NCBI GenBank assembly: GCA_001437625.1 | Contig: LIAL01000001.1 | Coordinates: 756-64,755, forward strand | DNA: 64,000 nt | Source of the DNA: Nitrosopumilus sp. BACL13 MAG-121220-bin23 | Lineage (GTDB): Archaea; Thermoproteota; Nitrososphaeria; Nitrososphaerales; Nitrosopumilaceae | Direction: 5' to 3' | Shown here: in pieces, positions 47,473 through 58,120 of the stretch | How the letters are laid out: each line of letters starts with the position of its first letter | How positions within the stretch are numbered: the stretch's first letter is position 1 | Position numbers and translations under genes: made by a program | Notes under the pieces: generated by a model | What the model was told of the DNA's origin: nothing | The model's input: the letters and a program-made list of their open reading frames with translations, nothing else | Databases searched by the model: none

Positions 47473-49422
47473 TTGCAACAAATCTCTAAATTTGAATTAG
47501 TTTCTGATTATTCTCCTACAGGTGATCAACCTCAAGCTATTGACGCTTTAGTTGAAGGAGTTAAAAAAAAATCCATACAAACTTTACTTGGTGTTACTGG
47601 AAGTGGCAAGACTTTTTCAGTTGCAAATGTAATTGCTAGAACTGGTAAAAATACACTAGTAATCTCTCATAACAAAACTCTTGCAGCACAACTTTATACA
47701 GAATTAAAACAATTTTTTCCAAAAAATAATGTTGGCTATTTTGTTTCTTATTATGATTATTATCAACCTGAAAGTTATCTACCCCAAACTGATACCTATA
47801 TTGAAAAAGATACTCAGATTAATGAAAAAATTGAAAAATTACGGTTAGAAGCAACTGCAATGTTGTTATCTGGAGAACCTACAATCATTGTTTCAACTGT
47901 ATCTTGCATCTATTCCCTTGGTAATCCTCAAGAATGGAAAGATTCTTCAATTCTAGTTAGTACTGGTGATGAAATTAAACGAACTGATTTAATTCGAAAA
48001 TTAGTTGATGCCCGATATGAGCGAAATGATGTTGAAGTTGCCCCTGGAAATTTTAGAGTAAAAGGAGATACTATTGATATCACTCCTGCATATTCTGACG
48101 ACATTGTTAGAATTTCTATGTTTGGTGATGAGATTGAAAAAATAACATTACTTGATCATGTGTCCTTAAAAGAAAAAAAGAAAATAACTCAAATGACAAT
48201 TTTTCCTGCAAAACATTATCTAATTGCTAAGGATGCTAGTAAAAGAGCTGTGGCATCAATTAGGGATGAATTAAAACATCATTTGCCAACATTAAATGAA
48301 CTTGAAAAACAGCGTCTTGAAATGAGAACTAATTATGATTTAGAAATGATAGAGGAATTGGGTTATTGTTCTGGTATTGAAAATTATTCACGACATTTTG
48401 ATGGGCGCAATGAAGGGGATAAAGCATACTGCTTGATGGATTTTTTTGGTGATGATTATCTTTTGGTGATTGATGAATCTCATGTTACATTACCACAATT
48501 ACATGCAATGTACAAAGGTGATTATTCCAGAAAAGATAAACTTGTAACATATGGATTTAGATTACCTAGTGCATATGATAATCGACCTTTAAAATTTGAA
48601 GAATTTGAAGAATATATTCAAAATACTATTTTTGTTTCAGCTACTCCTTCTGATTATGAAAAGAAAATATCTGCAAAAATTGTTGAACAATTAGTTCGTC
48701 CTACAGGTTTACTTGATCCACAAATTGAAATTAGACCTACTAAAGACCAAATGGATAATTTAATTTCTGAAATAAATAAAAGATGTAAGAATTCTGAACG
48801 GGTTTTAGTTACTACATTAACTAAAAGAATGGCTGAAGATTTAGCTGAATATCTCTCAAAAAAAGATGTTCGAGTTAGATACATGCATTCTGAAATTGAT
48901 GGACTACAACGTACTGAAATTCTTCGTCAATTACGCCTAGGTGAATTTGATGTTTTAGTTGGAATTAATCTTTTACGTGAGGGTTTAGATATTCCAGAAG
49001 TTTCACTTGTGGCAATTTTAGATGCCGACAAGGAAGGTTTTTTGAGAAATTTTACTAGTTTAATTCAAACTTGTGGTAGAGCTGCAAGAAATGTATCTGG
49101 TACTGTAATAATGTATGCTGATACAAATACAAAATCTATGAAACATACTATTGATGAAACTACACGTCGTAGGGAAAAACAAATTTTATACAATCAAGAA
49201 CATGGAATAACTCCTAAAACAATTATGAAATCTGTACCTGAACAAGAAATTATATTGGATGAATCAAAATTAAAGTCAATACATGATCTTAGAAATGATG
49301 TAATTGATTTAGATGTTCAAATGAAAAAATATTCTGAAGAATTAGATTTTGAACAAGCAATTTCTTGTAGAGATAGAATTAAAAGATTAGAAAAGGAGAT
49401 TGAATATAAAAATGATAGATAA
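47473..49422 (+). CDS. uvrB: excinuclease ABC subunit B
   Basis: FELVSDYSPTGDQPQAI, GVTGSGKT, DESHVT, the helicase C-terminal motifs and the C-terminal UVR domain. TTG start. Confidence 0.95.
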   Translation: MQQISKFELVSDYSPTGDQPQAIDALVEGVKKKSIQTLLGVTGSGKTFSVANVIARTGKNTLVISHNKTLAAQLYTELKQFFPKNNVGYFVSYYDYYQPESYLPQTDTYIEKDTQINEKIEKLRLEATAMLLSGEPTIIVSTVSCIYSLGNPQEWKDSSILVSTGDEIKRTDLIRKLVDARYERNDVEVAPGNFRVKGDTIDITPAYSDDIVRISMFGDEIEKITLLDHVSLKEKKKITQMTIFPAKHYLIAKDASKRAVASIRDELKHHLPTLNELEKQRLEMRTNYDLEMIEELGYCSGIENYSRHFDGRNEGDKAYCLMDFFGDDYLLVIDESHVTLPQLHAMYKGDYSRKDKLVTYGFRLPSAYDNRPLKFEEFEEYIQNTIFVSATPSDYEKKISAKIVEQLVRPTGLLDPQIEIRPTKDQMDNLISEINKRCKNSERVLVTTLTKRMAEDLAEYLSKKDVRVRYMHSEIDGLQRTEILRQLRLGEFDVLVGINLLREGLDIPEVSLVAILDADKEGFLRNFTSLIQTCGRAARNVSGTVIMYADTNTKSMKHTIDETTRRREKQILYNQEHGITPKTIMKSVPEQEIILDESKLKSIHDLRNDVIDLDVQMKKYSEELDFEQAISCRDRIKRLEKEIEYKNDR

Positions 49423-52237
49423 TAAATTAAAAATTCGAGGGGCCCGCCATCATAATTTAAAAAACATTGATGTTGATATTCCAAAAAATAAATTAGTTGT
49501 AATTAGTGGTTTATCTGGTTCTGGAAAATCTACTTTAGCATTTGATACCATTTATGCTGAAGGCCAACGCAGATATGTTGAATCTCTTTCTTCATATGCT
49601 CGTCAATTTTTGGAGATGATGGATAAACCTGATGTTGATTCTATTGATGGATTGTCCCCTGCAATTGCAATTCAACAAAAAACTACTAGTAAAAATCCCC
49701 GTTCTACTGTTGGCACTACCACTGAAATTTATGATTACATGCGATTACTTTATGCTCGAATTGGAATCCCTCATTGTACAAATTGTAAAAGAAAAATATC
49801 TACACAATCTGTTGAACGAATATGTGATTCTGTACTCAAAGATTTTTTGGGACAAAAAATATTGATTTTATCTCCTCTTATTCAAAGAAAAAAGGGTACT
49901 TATGAAAAACTCTTTGAACAAATCAAAAAAGATGGATATTCTAGAATACGCCTAAATGGTGAAATTTTGAGCCTAGATGATGGTATTCCTCCGTTAGATA
50001 GACAGAAGTGGCATAATATTGAAATTGTTGTAGATAGAATATCTACAAATAAATCTGAAAGATCTAGAATTTTTGAGGCTATTCAAGCTGCAATCAAAGC
50101 ATCAAAAGGAGATGTGATGATTTCATCAGATAAATCTGAAAAAATCTTCTCACAAAATAATGCATGTCCTCATTGTGGATTAACAATTGGTGAATTAGAA
50201 CCTAGAAATTTTTCATTCAATTCTCCTTTTGGATTATGTAAAACATGTAATGGATTGGGAGTTAAAATGGAGTTTGATTCTGCTCTAGTAATTCCTGATA
50301 AATCTAAGTCTATTTTAGATGGGGCTATTGTTCCTTGGACTGGAAGATTTTCTGCATTTAGACGGCAAGCATTGAGAACTGTTGGTGAAAAATTTGGATT
50401 TGATTTAATGACTCCTATTGAAAAAATAAAACCAACACATCTTGAAATTATTTTACATGGCACTTCTGATTTAATTGATTTTCAATACAGTTCTAAATCT
50501 GGAGATTCTTCATGGAAATACACTAATGCATTTGAAGGTGTACTTGTTAATCTTCAACGTGTTTTTGTAGAGACTGATTCTGAATCTAAACGTGAATGGC
50601 TTAAACAGTTTATGCGTGATACTCATTGTACCACATGTGATGGTAAAAAACTGAAACCTGAATCTCTTGCAGTTACAATTAATGATTTAGGCATAATGGA
50701 TGTATGTGATTTATCTATTACTCATTGTTTTGATTTTTTTTCTAATTTAAAATTAACTGAAACTGAACAACATATTGCAAGAGATATTCTTAAAGAAATT
50801 AAGGAACGATTGGAGTTTTTAATTAATGTTGGACTAAACTATCTTACATTAAATCGTCTTAGTTCTACATTGTCTGGTGGTGAATCTCAAAGAATTAGAT
50901 TGGCCACTCAAATCGGTTCTAATCTTACTGGTGTTTTGTATGTACTTGATGAACCTACAATTGGATTACATCAACGCGATAATGCACGACTAATTAAAAC
51001 GCTAAACAAGCTACGAAATCTTGGTAATACTGTCATTGTTGTGGAGCATGACGAGGAAGTTATACGAAATTCAGATTGGATAATTGATTTAGGTCCTGGA
51101 GCTGGAGTCCATGGTGGGAATATCGTTTTTGAAGGAACCATCAAAAAAATCTTACAGACAACTAAATCTGTAACTGGAACTTATCTTAAAGATAATTCTT
51201 TAATTATTTTAAAAAATAAAATCCGTAAACCTGATGGCTCATTAATTATTAAAGGTGCAACTGAAAATAATTTAAAAAATATTGATGTTGAAATTCCTTT
51301 AGGACTTTTTGTATCTGTAACTGGTGTGTCTGGTTCTGGAAAATCTACTTTAATCAATGATATTTTACTCAAAAGTCTAGAGAATCATTTTTCTAAAACT
51401 CATATTAGATCTGGTGATCATAAAGAAATTTCTGGTTTAGATAATGTGGATAAAGTAATTGCTATTGATCAATCTCCTATTGGTAGAACTCCTCGTTCAA
51501 ACCCTGCAACCTACATTGGTGCCTTTACTCCTATTAGAGAATTATATTCTAACACTGCTTTATCCAAAGAACGTGGATACAAACCAGGACAATTTTCATT
51601 TAATGTTGCTGATGGAAGATGCTTTGCATGTGAGGGCGATGGTGTCAAAAAAATTGAAATGCAATTTCTATCTGATGTGTATGTAAAATGTGATGAATGT
51701 AAAGGAAAAAGATACAATTCTGAAACATTATCTGTGCTGTACAAGGGAAAAAATGTTTCTGATGTTTTACAAATGACTGTTTATGAAGCATTAACTTTCT
51801 TTGAAAATGTTCCTTCAATTCAACGAAAACTACAAACTGTTAACGATGTTGGTTTAGGGTATATCAAACTTGGACAATCCTCCACTACATTGTCTGGTGG
51901 TGAGGCTCAACGCGTAAAACTTGCTTCTGAATTATCTAAACGTGGTACTGGAAAAACTCTGTATATCCTTGATGAACCTACAACTGGACTACATTTTGCG
52001 GACGTTCAAAAATTATTGGATGTACTAAATCGATTAGTAAATCTTGGAAATACTGTTGTTGTAATTGAACATAATATGGATATCATCAAAAATTCAGATT
52101 GGATAATAGATTTAGGACCTGAAGGTGGTGATGAAGGAGGTAGTATTGTAACTATTGGTACTCCTTCTGACGTTTCAAAATCACCTGGTAGCTATACTGG
52201 AAAATATTTAAAAAAATTATTGAAAAATGACGTTTGA
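49412..52237 (+). CDS. uvrA: excinuclease ABC subunit A
   Basis: [17 protein letters not shown], two [18 protein letters not shown] Walker A loops, two LSGGE signatures and Zn modules. The ATG at 49412 overlaps the uvrB stop by 11 nt. Confidence 0.95.
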   Translation: MIDNKLKIRGARHHNLKNIDVDIPKNKLVVISGLSGSGKSTLAFDTIYAEGQRRYVESLSSYARQFLEMMDKPDVDSIDGLSPAIAIQQKTTSKNPRSTVGTTTEIYDYMRLLYARIGIPHCTNCKRKISTQSVERICDSVLKDFLGQKILILSPLIQRKKGTYEKLFEQIKKDGYSRIRLNGEILSLDDGIPPLDRQKWHNIEIVVDRISTNKSERSRIFEAIQAAIKASKGDVMISSDKSEKIFSQNNACPHCGLTIGELEPRNFSFNSPFGLCKTCNGLGVKMEFDSALVIPDKSKSILDGAIVPWTGRFSAFRRQALRTVGEKFGFDLMTPIEKIKPTHLEIILHGTSDLIDFQYSSKSGDSSWKYTNAFEGVLVNLQRVFVETDSESKREWLKQFMRDTHCTTCDGKKLKPESLAVTINDLGIMDVCDLSITHCFDFFSNLKLTETEQHIARDILKEIKERLEFLINVGLNYLTLNRLSSTLSGGESQRIRLATQIGSNLTGVLYVLDEPTIGLHQRDNARLIKTLNKLRNLGNTVIVVEHDEEVIRNSDWIIDLGPGAGVHGGNIVFEGTIKKILQTTKSVTGTYLKDNSLIILKNKIRKPDGSLIIKGATENNLKNIDVEIPLGLFVSVTGVSGSGKSTLINDILLKSLENHFSKTHIRSGDHKEISGLDNVDKVIAIDQSPIGRTPRSNPATYIGAFTPIRELYSNTALSKERGYKPGQFSFNVADGRCFACEGDGVKKIEMQFLSDVYVKCDECKGKRYNSETLSVLYKGKNVSDVLQMTVYEALTFFENVPSIQRKLQTVNDVGLGYIKLGQSSTTLSGGEAQRVKLASELSKRGTGKTLYILDEPTTGLHFADVQKLLDVLNRLVNLGNTVVVIEHNMDIIKNSDWIIDLGPEGGDEGGSIVTIGTPSDVSKSPGSYTGKYLKKLLKNDV

Positions 52238-53813
52238 CATTTCTAAAATAATTATTCCTACAAATCCTGGTATTTACTTAATGAAAGATTCTAATAAAAA
52301 AATTATCTATATTGGTAAAGCAAAAAATTTGAAAAATCGTGTTCGTTCTTATTTTAATAAAAATCAAAATTATAAAACTCAAAAACTAGTTGAAAATATT
52401 TTTGATATTGAATTTGTTTTAACTGATAATGAAAGTGAAGCTTTTCTTTTAGAATCTAACATGATTAAAAAATACAGGCCACGATTTAATATTGAACTAA
52501 AAGATCAACAACGGTATACTTACTTACGATTATCTGATGAAAAATATCCTAGATTATTAGTTGCTAGACGAACAAGAGATGGCAAATTTTTAGGTAACGG
52601 AAAATTCTATGGTCCTTTCACTCAGGGAAGTTCAAAATTACTTACAATTGGAACTTTACGAAAAGCATTTCAGATAAGAATTTGTAAAACCCTTCCAAAA
52701 AAAGTATGCCTTGAATATCATTTGGGTAACTGTGAAGGTCCTTGTGAATTTAAGAGTGCAGAAGAAAAATATCCTGAACATGTAAACAAATTGGAGGCTG
52801 TTCTTAAGGGTAAAAATGATACCAAAATTTTTACAAAAAAATTAGAAGATGAAATGTATCATGCTGCTGAATCTCAACAATTTGAGCGTGCAAAAGATAT
52901 TCGTGATACTCTAATCAGGCTTGGAAGTCTTCAAACTAAACAAAAAATGGAATATGTCAAAAATTCTGATGAAGAATATTTTGGTATTGGAATTAAAGAA
53001 CAAACTGCAACAATAATGAATTTTAGAATGATTAATGGGGTAATCCGTGATAGTGATAAATTCTTTTTTGATTTAGTTGGTGATAATTCATTTTCAAATT
53101 TTCTTTATCAATATTATTCTACACATAAAATTCCAAAATTCATTATTCTCAGTGAACTTCTTGAAAATCAAGAATTACTAGAATCCTTATTGTCTGAACA
53201 ATCTGGATTTGCTGTAAAAATTATGACTCCCACTAGAGGTAAGAAAAATGATATTATGAATTTAATTTTAAAAAATATTCAATTAATTCATTCAAAAGGC
53301 GCTAACCCTGGATTAGTTGAATTACAAGAAATTCTAAATTTACCCTCACTTCCTAACATCATTGAATGTTTTGATATTTCCAATCACGGTGCTGAATTTG
53401 CTGTTGGTTCTATGTCTAGTTTTATAGGTGGAATTCCAAATAAATCTGGATATCGAAAATTCAAAATTAAAACAATCACTGGAAGGGATGACTTTGCAAT
53501 GATTGGAGAAATTGTCAAAAGAAGATATTATAGATTATTAGAAGAAAATTCTACATTGCCTGATCTGATTTTAATTGATGGTGGCAAAGGACAGTTAAGT
53601 GCAGCTTTGAAATCTTTGGAATCTCTTGGAATAAAATTACCTTGCATATCTTTAGCAAAAGAAAATGAAGAAGTTTATCTTCCAAAAACTAAAGACCCTA
53701 TTGTTATTCCTAAACATAAAGAATCATTAAAAATTTTACAATATGCTCGAGATGAAACTCATAGGTTTGGTGTTGCATACAATCGAACTATACGTAAAAA
53801 TCAAATAAAATAG
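52227..53813 (+). CDS. uvrC: excinuclease ABC subunit C (short form, 528 aa)
   Basis: GIY-YIG domain PGIYLMKD...IIYIGKAKNLKNRVRSYF, UVR domain and the RNase H-like endonuclease region. The ATG overlaps the uvrA stop by 11 nt. Confidence 0.9.
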   Translation: MTFDISKIIIPTNPGIYLMKDSNKKIIYIGKAKNLKNRVRSYFNKNQNYKTQKLVENIFDIEFVLTDNESEAFLLESNMIKKYRPRFNIELKDQQRYTYLRLSDEKYPRLLVARRTRDGKFLGNGKFYGPFTQGSSKLLTIGTLRKAFQIRICKTLPKKVCLEYHLGNCEGPCEFKSAEEKYPEHVNKLEAVLKGKNDTKIFTKKLEDEMYHAAESQQFERAKDIRDTLIRLGSLQTKQKMEYVKNSDEEYFGIGIKEQTATIMNFRMINGVIRDSDKFFFDLVGDNSFSNFLYQYYSTHKIPKFIILSELLENQELLESLLSEQSGFAVKIMTPTRGKKNDIMNLILKNIQLIHSKGANPGLVELQEILNLPSLPNIIECFDISNHGAEFAVGSMSSFIGGIPNKSGYRKFKIKTITGRDDFAMIGEIVKRRYYRLLEENSTLPDLILIDGGKGQLSAALKSLESLGIKLPCISLAKENEEVYLPKTKDPIVIPKHKESLKILQYARDETHRFGVAYNRTIRKNQIK

Positions 53814-53830
53814 AAAAAAGATTTTTTTGG

Positions 53831-54499
53831 TTAGTTGACTGTAACACTACCGGTCATCCAAGGATGAACCATACAGAAGTAATCGTAATTACCTGCATCA
53901 TTGAATGTGAATGAATAATCCAGTCCTACCATTAGTAGACTGCTGTCAAATACTCCAGATGGACCGTCTGATGGACTTCCACCTGTTACTGTATGAGCTG
54001 CGTTGTCTACGTTATCCCATTGTACTGTATCTCCAGTACTGATGGTGATATCTGCTGGTAGGTAACATGCATTAGATGTTTCACATCCTGGTGCTCCACT
54101 TCCCATTGCAGTTTCCACGATGTGTGTTTGTGGACCTGCGTTAACTGCTACTGTTGCTTTAGCTTGTACTGCATCTGCTTTAGCTTGTACTGCTGCTGCT
54201 TTAGCATCTGCTGCTGCTTTAGCATCTGCTGCTGCTTTAGCATCTGTTACTCTTGCGTCTGCATCTGCTCTAGCTTGTGCTGCTGCATCTGCTCTAGCTT
54301 GTGCTGCTGCATCTGCTCTAGCTTGTGCTGCTGCATCTGCTCTAGCTTGTGCTGCTGCTTCGGCTCTTGCATCTACTACGTCGGTATTCATTTGCTGTGT
54401 AGGTGCATTATCGGCTGAATTTGCCATTGCTACAACTCCAACTGCAACTAATACGACTGCTAAAGTAACTACAATTGCTATTTTGTCTATACTTGCCAT
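53831..54499 (-). CDS. membrane-anchored plastocyanin/azurin-like blue copper protein with an Ala-rich repeat linker
   Basis: N-terminal TM helix. Linker with 4x AAAQARAD and 3x DAKAAA. C-terminal cupredoxin ligands: AHTV, YFCMVHPWM (C..H....M). Confidence 0.85.
   Translation of the reverse strand: MASIDKIAIVVTLAVVLVAVGVVAMANSADNAPTQQMNTDVVDARAEAAAQARADAAAQARADAAAQARADAAAQARADADARVTDAKAAADAKAAADAKAAAVQAKADAVQAKATVAVNAGPQTHIVETAMGSGAPGCETSNACYLPADITISTGDTVQWDNVDNAAHTVTGGSPSDGPSGVFDSSLLMVGLDYSFTFNDAGNYDYFCMVHPWMTGSVTVN
54192..54356. repeat. in-frame coding tandem repeats: 3 perfect 18-nt units (54192-54245) and 4 perfect 24-nt units (54261-54356)
   Basis: Units gctgctgctttagcatct x3 and gcatctgctctagcttgtgctgct x4, read directly. 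This is a local GC spike. Confidence 0.9.
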
Positions 54500-54789
54500 A
54501 ATTGATCAATTTCTAGATTAATAGTAAATAAATCTAATTGTTTGTTTTTCACTAATACCAACAAATTCACTATAATAATTGACTTTTGAAACTGTTTTTA
54601 GATTTTTTTGAAATATTTACATGAATTCAAAACATTCTTTATAATTTTTATGTGATCGATCTAAATTAAGAATACGCCTTATTAGTGCCGTTGAGCAATC
54701 ATTTGTTTTAATTTTTTATCAGACGATTTAATTTGTAATACTACTTGAAAATACTTTCAATTAACAATATTTTTTGGTCTTAACCCATA

Positions 54790-55173
54790 TTATTTTAACA
54801 ATTTTTTTGCAATATTATTTTTAAATTCTATTTTTTTAAATTCTACTTTTAATTTCCTTTGTTTTATTAAACTTTGAATAAATTTTATTTTATTTGTAAT
54901 GAATTCATCTTTAGTCACTGTTTCTAATTTTAATTGTTCATACATTATTTTTTCATCTAATTCTATTTTTACTGTGTCTTCATTTTTTATGATAAATGTT
55001 CCAATTCCCCAAAATAATGCTACATGTAATGCGACATATTTTGATTGTATTTTTGTAATTCTATTTTTATGATTTTCCGTATGTTTTCTACTTTGAGACA
55101 CTATTGTTTCATTTGTTTGAATTATCCATGAAATGTTGCTAAAATTACCATCTAAGTATAGAATATGTTCCAT
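54790..55173 (-). CDS. hypothetical protein
   Basis: 127 aa with a basic C-terminus. There is only a vague RNase H-like impression (see rejected list). Confidence 0.4.
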   Translation of the reverse strand: MEHILYLDGNFSNISWIIQTNETIVSQSRKHTENHKNRITKIQSKYVALHVALFWGIGTFIIKNEDTVKIELDEKIMYEQLKLETVTKDEFITNKIKFIQSLIKQRKLKVEFKKIEFKNNIAKKLLK

Positions 55174-55249
55174 TTGTCAACCAAAAAATTCTCTTTAGTC
55201 TATATCTTTTGAATACTCCATTTATGATCATCGTTTAAAATCTATACAT

Positions 55250-55456
55250 ATGATAGAATCACAGGCTTTCTTTTCAAAAATGGTTGATGAATTAGTTGAA
55301 TTTTCTGAACATGATCCAGAATTGTCAGATGGAATAAAGTGGCTAGATAATCAGGCTCAACAAAAAGGTATCACATTTTATGATATGGTTTTTGAAGTTT
55401 TATACAAACATGATGTTAATTCTAAGGCAAAAGAATGGCTTAGTACCCGAAATTAA
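55250..55456 (+). CDS. hypothetical protein
   Basis: 68 aa; no motif recognised. Confidence 0.4.
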   Translation: MIESQAFFSKMVDELVEFSEHDPELSDGIKWLDNQAQQKGITFYDMVFEVLYKHDVNSKAKEWLSTRN

Positions 55457-55459
55457 TAA

Positions 55460-56623
55460 TCATTCTCTTAAATCTAACTCTTTGTATTCACATCCTTCTG
55501 GCCCACAATCTTTTCCTACATACACTGCTTTTGGTCTATACAGTGCTGTTTTTGGTGCAGCTTCTGCAAATTTTTCTTCAATGATATGTGCTGCCCATCC
55601 TACAACTCTTGAAATTGCAAAAATTGGAGTGTTAAGGTCCATTGGAATTTTTAACATGTAGTAAATTGATGCACTATACAAATCCACATTTGGATAAATG
55701 TCCTTGTTCTTTTGTAATTTCATTTCAGATATTGTTGCAGTTTCAATTTCTTGAGTTTTATCAAACCATGGTTCTTTATTTTTAGTAGCTAATTTTCTTG
55801 ATAATTCTTTTAAAACTTGGGCTCTAGGATCATATGTTTTGTATACTGCATGTCCCATTCCCATAATTTTTTCTCCTCGCATTAATTTTTCTTTTATCCA
55901 TGATTGTACATTATCAATTTTAGAAATTTCTAATAACATTTTCATTACTTCTGTATTTGCACCTCCATGTAATTCTCCACTGAGTGCACCGATTGCTGCA
56001 CTTGATGCTGAATACATATGTGCTCTTGTTGATGCAACTTGTCTTGCTGTAAATGTTGATGCGTTGAATGTATGATCTGCATGTAATATTAAACAGACAT
56101 CAAATATTTTTTCAACTTCGATATCTGGTTTTTCCCCTGACATCATGTATAGAAAATTTGCAGCGTGACTTAATGATGGATCTGAGTCAACAACTTCTAA
56201 CCCGTTTCTAATTCTTTGCCAACTTGCAATTATCGTTGGAACTTTTGCAATGAGATTTATTGCTTTATCGTAACTTGCCTCTTTACTGAAGAACTCTTCA
56301 TCATAATATCCTGCAAGTGCTGATACAAATGCTTGAAGCATATCCATAGGATCTGCATCCTTTCTCCAATTTGCCATATTTTTTTGCATTTGTTTTGGTA
56401 TTTCTCTGGCTTCGATTAATTTTGTATTAAATTCATTTAATTCGTTCTTAGTGGGTAACTTGTCATAAAGTAGTAGATATGCTGTTTCTTCAAAAGTTGA
56501 ATTTTCTGTAAGATCTAATATGTTAAATCCTCGATAAATTAATTTTCCTTTCTCACCATCAATATTGGATATTTTAGTATCTGCTACTTCAATTCCTCTA
56601 AGTCCAATATTTTTGGTTTCCAT
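55460..56623 (-). CDS. gltA: citrate synthase
   Basis: LILHADHTFNAST, GALSGELHGGAN, MGMGHAVYKTYDPRA; 387 aa. Confidence 0.9.
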   Translation of the reverse strand: METKNIGLRGIEVADTKISNIDGEKGKLIYRGFNILDLTENSTFEETAYLLLYDKLPTKNELNEFNTKLIEAREIPKQMQKNMANWRKDADPMDMLQAFVSALAGYYDEEFFSKEASYDKAINLIAKVPTIIASWQRIRNGLEVVDSDPSLSHAANFLYMMSGEKPDIEVEKIFDVCLILHADHTFNASTFTARQVASTRAHMYSASSAAIGALSGELHGGANTEVMKMLLEISKIDNVQSWIKEKLMRGEKIMGMGHAVYKTYDPRAQVLKELSRKLATKNKEPWFDKTQEIETATISEMKLQKNKDIYPNVDLYSASIYYMLKIPMDLNTPIFAISRVVGWAAHIIEEKFAEAAPKTALYRPKAVYVGKDCGPEGCEYKELDLRE

Positions 56624-56740
56624 AATGAGCCTAACAAAATTCTTCTATTATATTTTCTCTAAAATTATGTCTACTAAATTTACTAATTAGTCTAATATGG
56701 CAACTTTTGTTCATAAATCTAAATTTCTAATTAAAAATTA

Positions 56741-56932
56741 ATGAATGCTGAAGATCGTAATAATTTACAACAATTAGATGAATTGATCTTAAATGCTTCT
56801 CCTGAAGAATTAGAAAAAATTCAAGAAATTGACTATCAGACCCAATTGGATGGAGAATCTTTTTACCATATTTATGTAAATTCTGATTCATTAATTCAGG
56901 TAAATATAAAAAAATCTTTTCAAAAATTTTAA
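56741..56932 (+). CDS. hypothetical protein
   Basis: 63 aa, acidic; no motif recognised. Confidence 0.35.
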   Translation: MNAEDRNNLQQLDELILNASPEELEKIQEIDYQTQLDGESFYHIYVNSDSLIQVNIKKSFQKF

Positions 56933-56979
56933 TTTAATATTCTTCATTTAAATGAGGGTTTGTACTTTTTGATAATGTA

Positions 56980-58080
56980 TTGGTGTTATCTAAAACTAAG
57001 ACTTTAACTAAAAAACCAGCAACTAAGAAAGTAGCAATTAAAAAACCAGCAACTAAGAAAGTAGCAATTAAAAAACCAGCAACTAAGAAAGTAACTACAT
57101 CACAACGAACTAAAGTTATTTGTATTTCTCATAAAGAAGATTGTGATGGAATTAGTTCAGCTGCATTAGTTCGACAAGCTTTTGGTGGTGATTCTATTTT
57201 GGTAGATTACCCTGGTCAAATGGAAGCATTAAACCAAGTAGTATCTGATGAAAAATTAAAATCTTTATTCATTTGTGATTTAGGTTTAAGTAAAAAAACA
57301 CAAGACGAATTTATTGATATTATGAGTCGACTTAGAAAAAATAAAGTTTCTGTAACTTACATTGATCATCATGACATTGATCCAACTGTTGTAACTTCTT
57401 TAGAAAAACTCAAAGTAAAAGTTATTCATGATATCAATGAATGTACCACTGTCCAAGTTTACAATGCCTATAAATCAAAATTAAATGATCATGCTTCTTT
57501 TGTAGCAACATGTGCTGCTATTACTGATTATATGGAAGATAGACCTCTAGGTTCAAAATTACTTCAAATTTACGACAGACAATTTGCTTTGATTAGTGCA
57601 ACTGTCATGACATACAATATTGTCGGACATCAGAGAGAACCTGATTACTTACAATACTTGGTTGAAGAATTAGCTGATTCTAAATTCCCTCATGATATTC
57701 CAAATACTTTTGAATTTGCACAGATTCAAGTAGAAAAATTATCTCAGATTATTGCTAAAGTGAAAGTAGGTATGAAAACAATGAGTAATCTTGGACATAT
57801 GGAAATTTTAGATTCTGGTGCAAGTGGTGCTGTTAATTTTGTAATGGGTTTATCTGGAAAAGATGTTGGTGTTGCATACAAAGAAAGAATTGATCATGGA
57901 ATTTATGCTGTCTCTGTACGTGGCTCTAAAAACTGTAAAGTTCACTTAGGTAGAATCGTTAATCTTTTAGCTACTAGTCTGGGTGGTTCTGGAGGCGGAC
58001 ATGATAAAGCATGTGGTGCAGTAGTTCCAAAACAAAAAATTAAGAAATTCATTACTGAATTAAATAAACAAATTAAATAA
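56980..58080 (+). CDS. DHH/DHHA1 phosphoesterase (NrnA/RecJ-like core) with an N-terminal Lys-rich KKPATKKVAI repeat tail
   Basis: ISHKEDCDGISSAAL (motif I/II), YIDHHD (DHH) and GGSGGGHDKACGA (DHHA1 GGGH). The N-terminus carries 3 tandem KKPATKKV(A/T) units. TTG or GTG start. Confidence 0.75.
   Translation: MVLSKTKTLTKKPATKKVAIKKPATKKVAIKKPATKKVTTSQRTKVICISHKEDCDGISSAALVRQAFGGDSILVDYPGQMEALNQVVSDEKLKSLFICDLGLSKKTQDEFIDIMSRLRKNKVSVTYIDHHDIDPTVVTSLEKLKVKVIHDINECTTVQVYNAYKSKLNDHASFVATCAAITDYMEDRPLGSKLLQIYDRQFALISATVMTYNIVGHQREPDYLQYLVEELADSKFPHDIPNTFEFAQIQVEKLSQIIAKVKVGMKTMSNLGHMEILDSGASGAVNFVMGLSGKDVGVAYKERIDHGIYAVSVRGSKNCKVHLGRIVNLLATSLGGSGGGHDKACGAVVPKQKIKKFITELNKQIK
57011..57093. repeat. 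30-nt in-frame tandem repeat, ~2.8 copies
   Basis: aaaaaccagcaactaagaaagtagcaatta occurs at 57011-57040 and 57041-57070, with a partial third copy. Confidence 0.9.
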
Positions 58081-58120
58081 TTTTTCTGGTTATTTCTTAT
58101 TTTTTAAATTAAGTTTTAAT

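Noticed and set aside
54192-54356. Possible CRISPR-like array (and likewise 57011-57093)
   Set aside because: The units are directly adjacent with no spacers. They are only 18-30 nt long and in frame within CDSs, and they encode peptide repeats. No cas genes are present.
54120-54521. 133-aa Ala-rich and 98-aa Cys-rich + strand ORFs
   Set aside because: Both are alternative-frame or antisense readings of the GC-rich Ala-codon tandem repeats of the cupredoxin gene. The minus-strand frame carries a membrane anchor and canonical copper ligands.
54790-55173. RNase H-like / reverse-transcriptase-associated domain
   Set aside because: Only a loose resemblance exists (LYLDGN ... SKYVALHVAL). The catalytic Glu of the DEDD tetrad is not evident, so I leave it as hypothetical.
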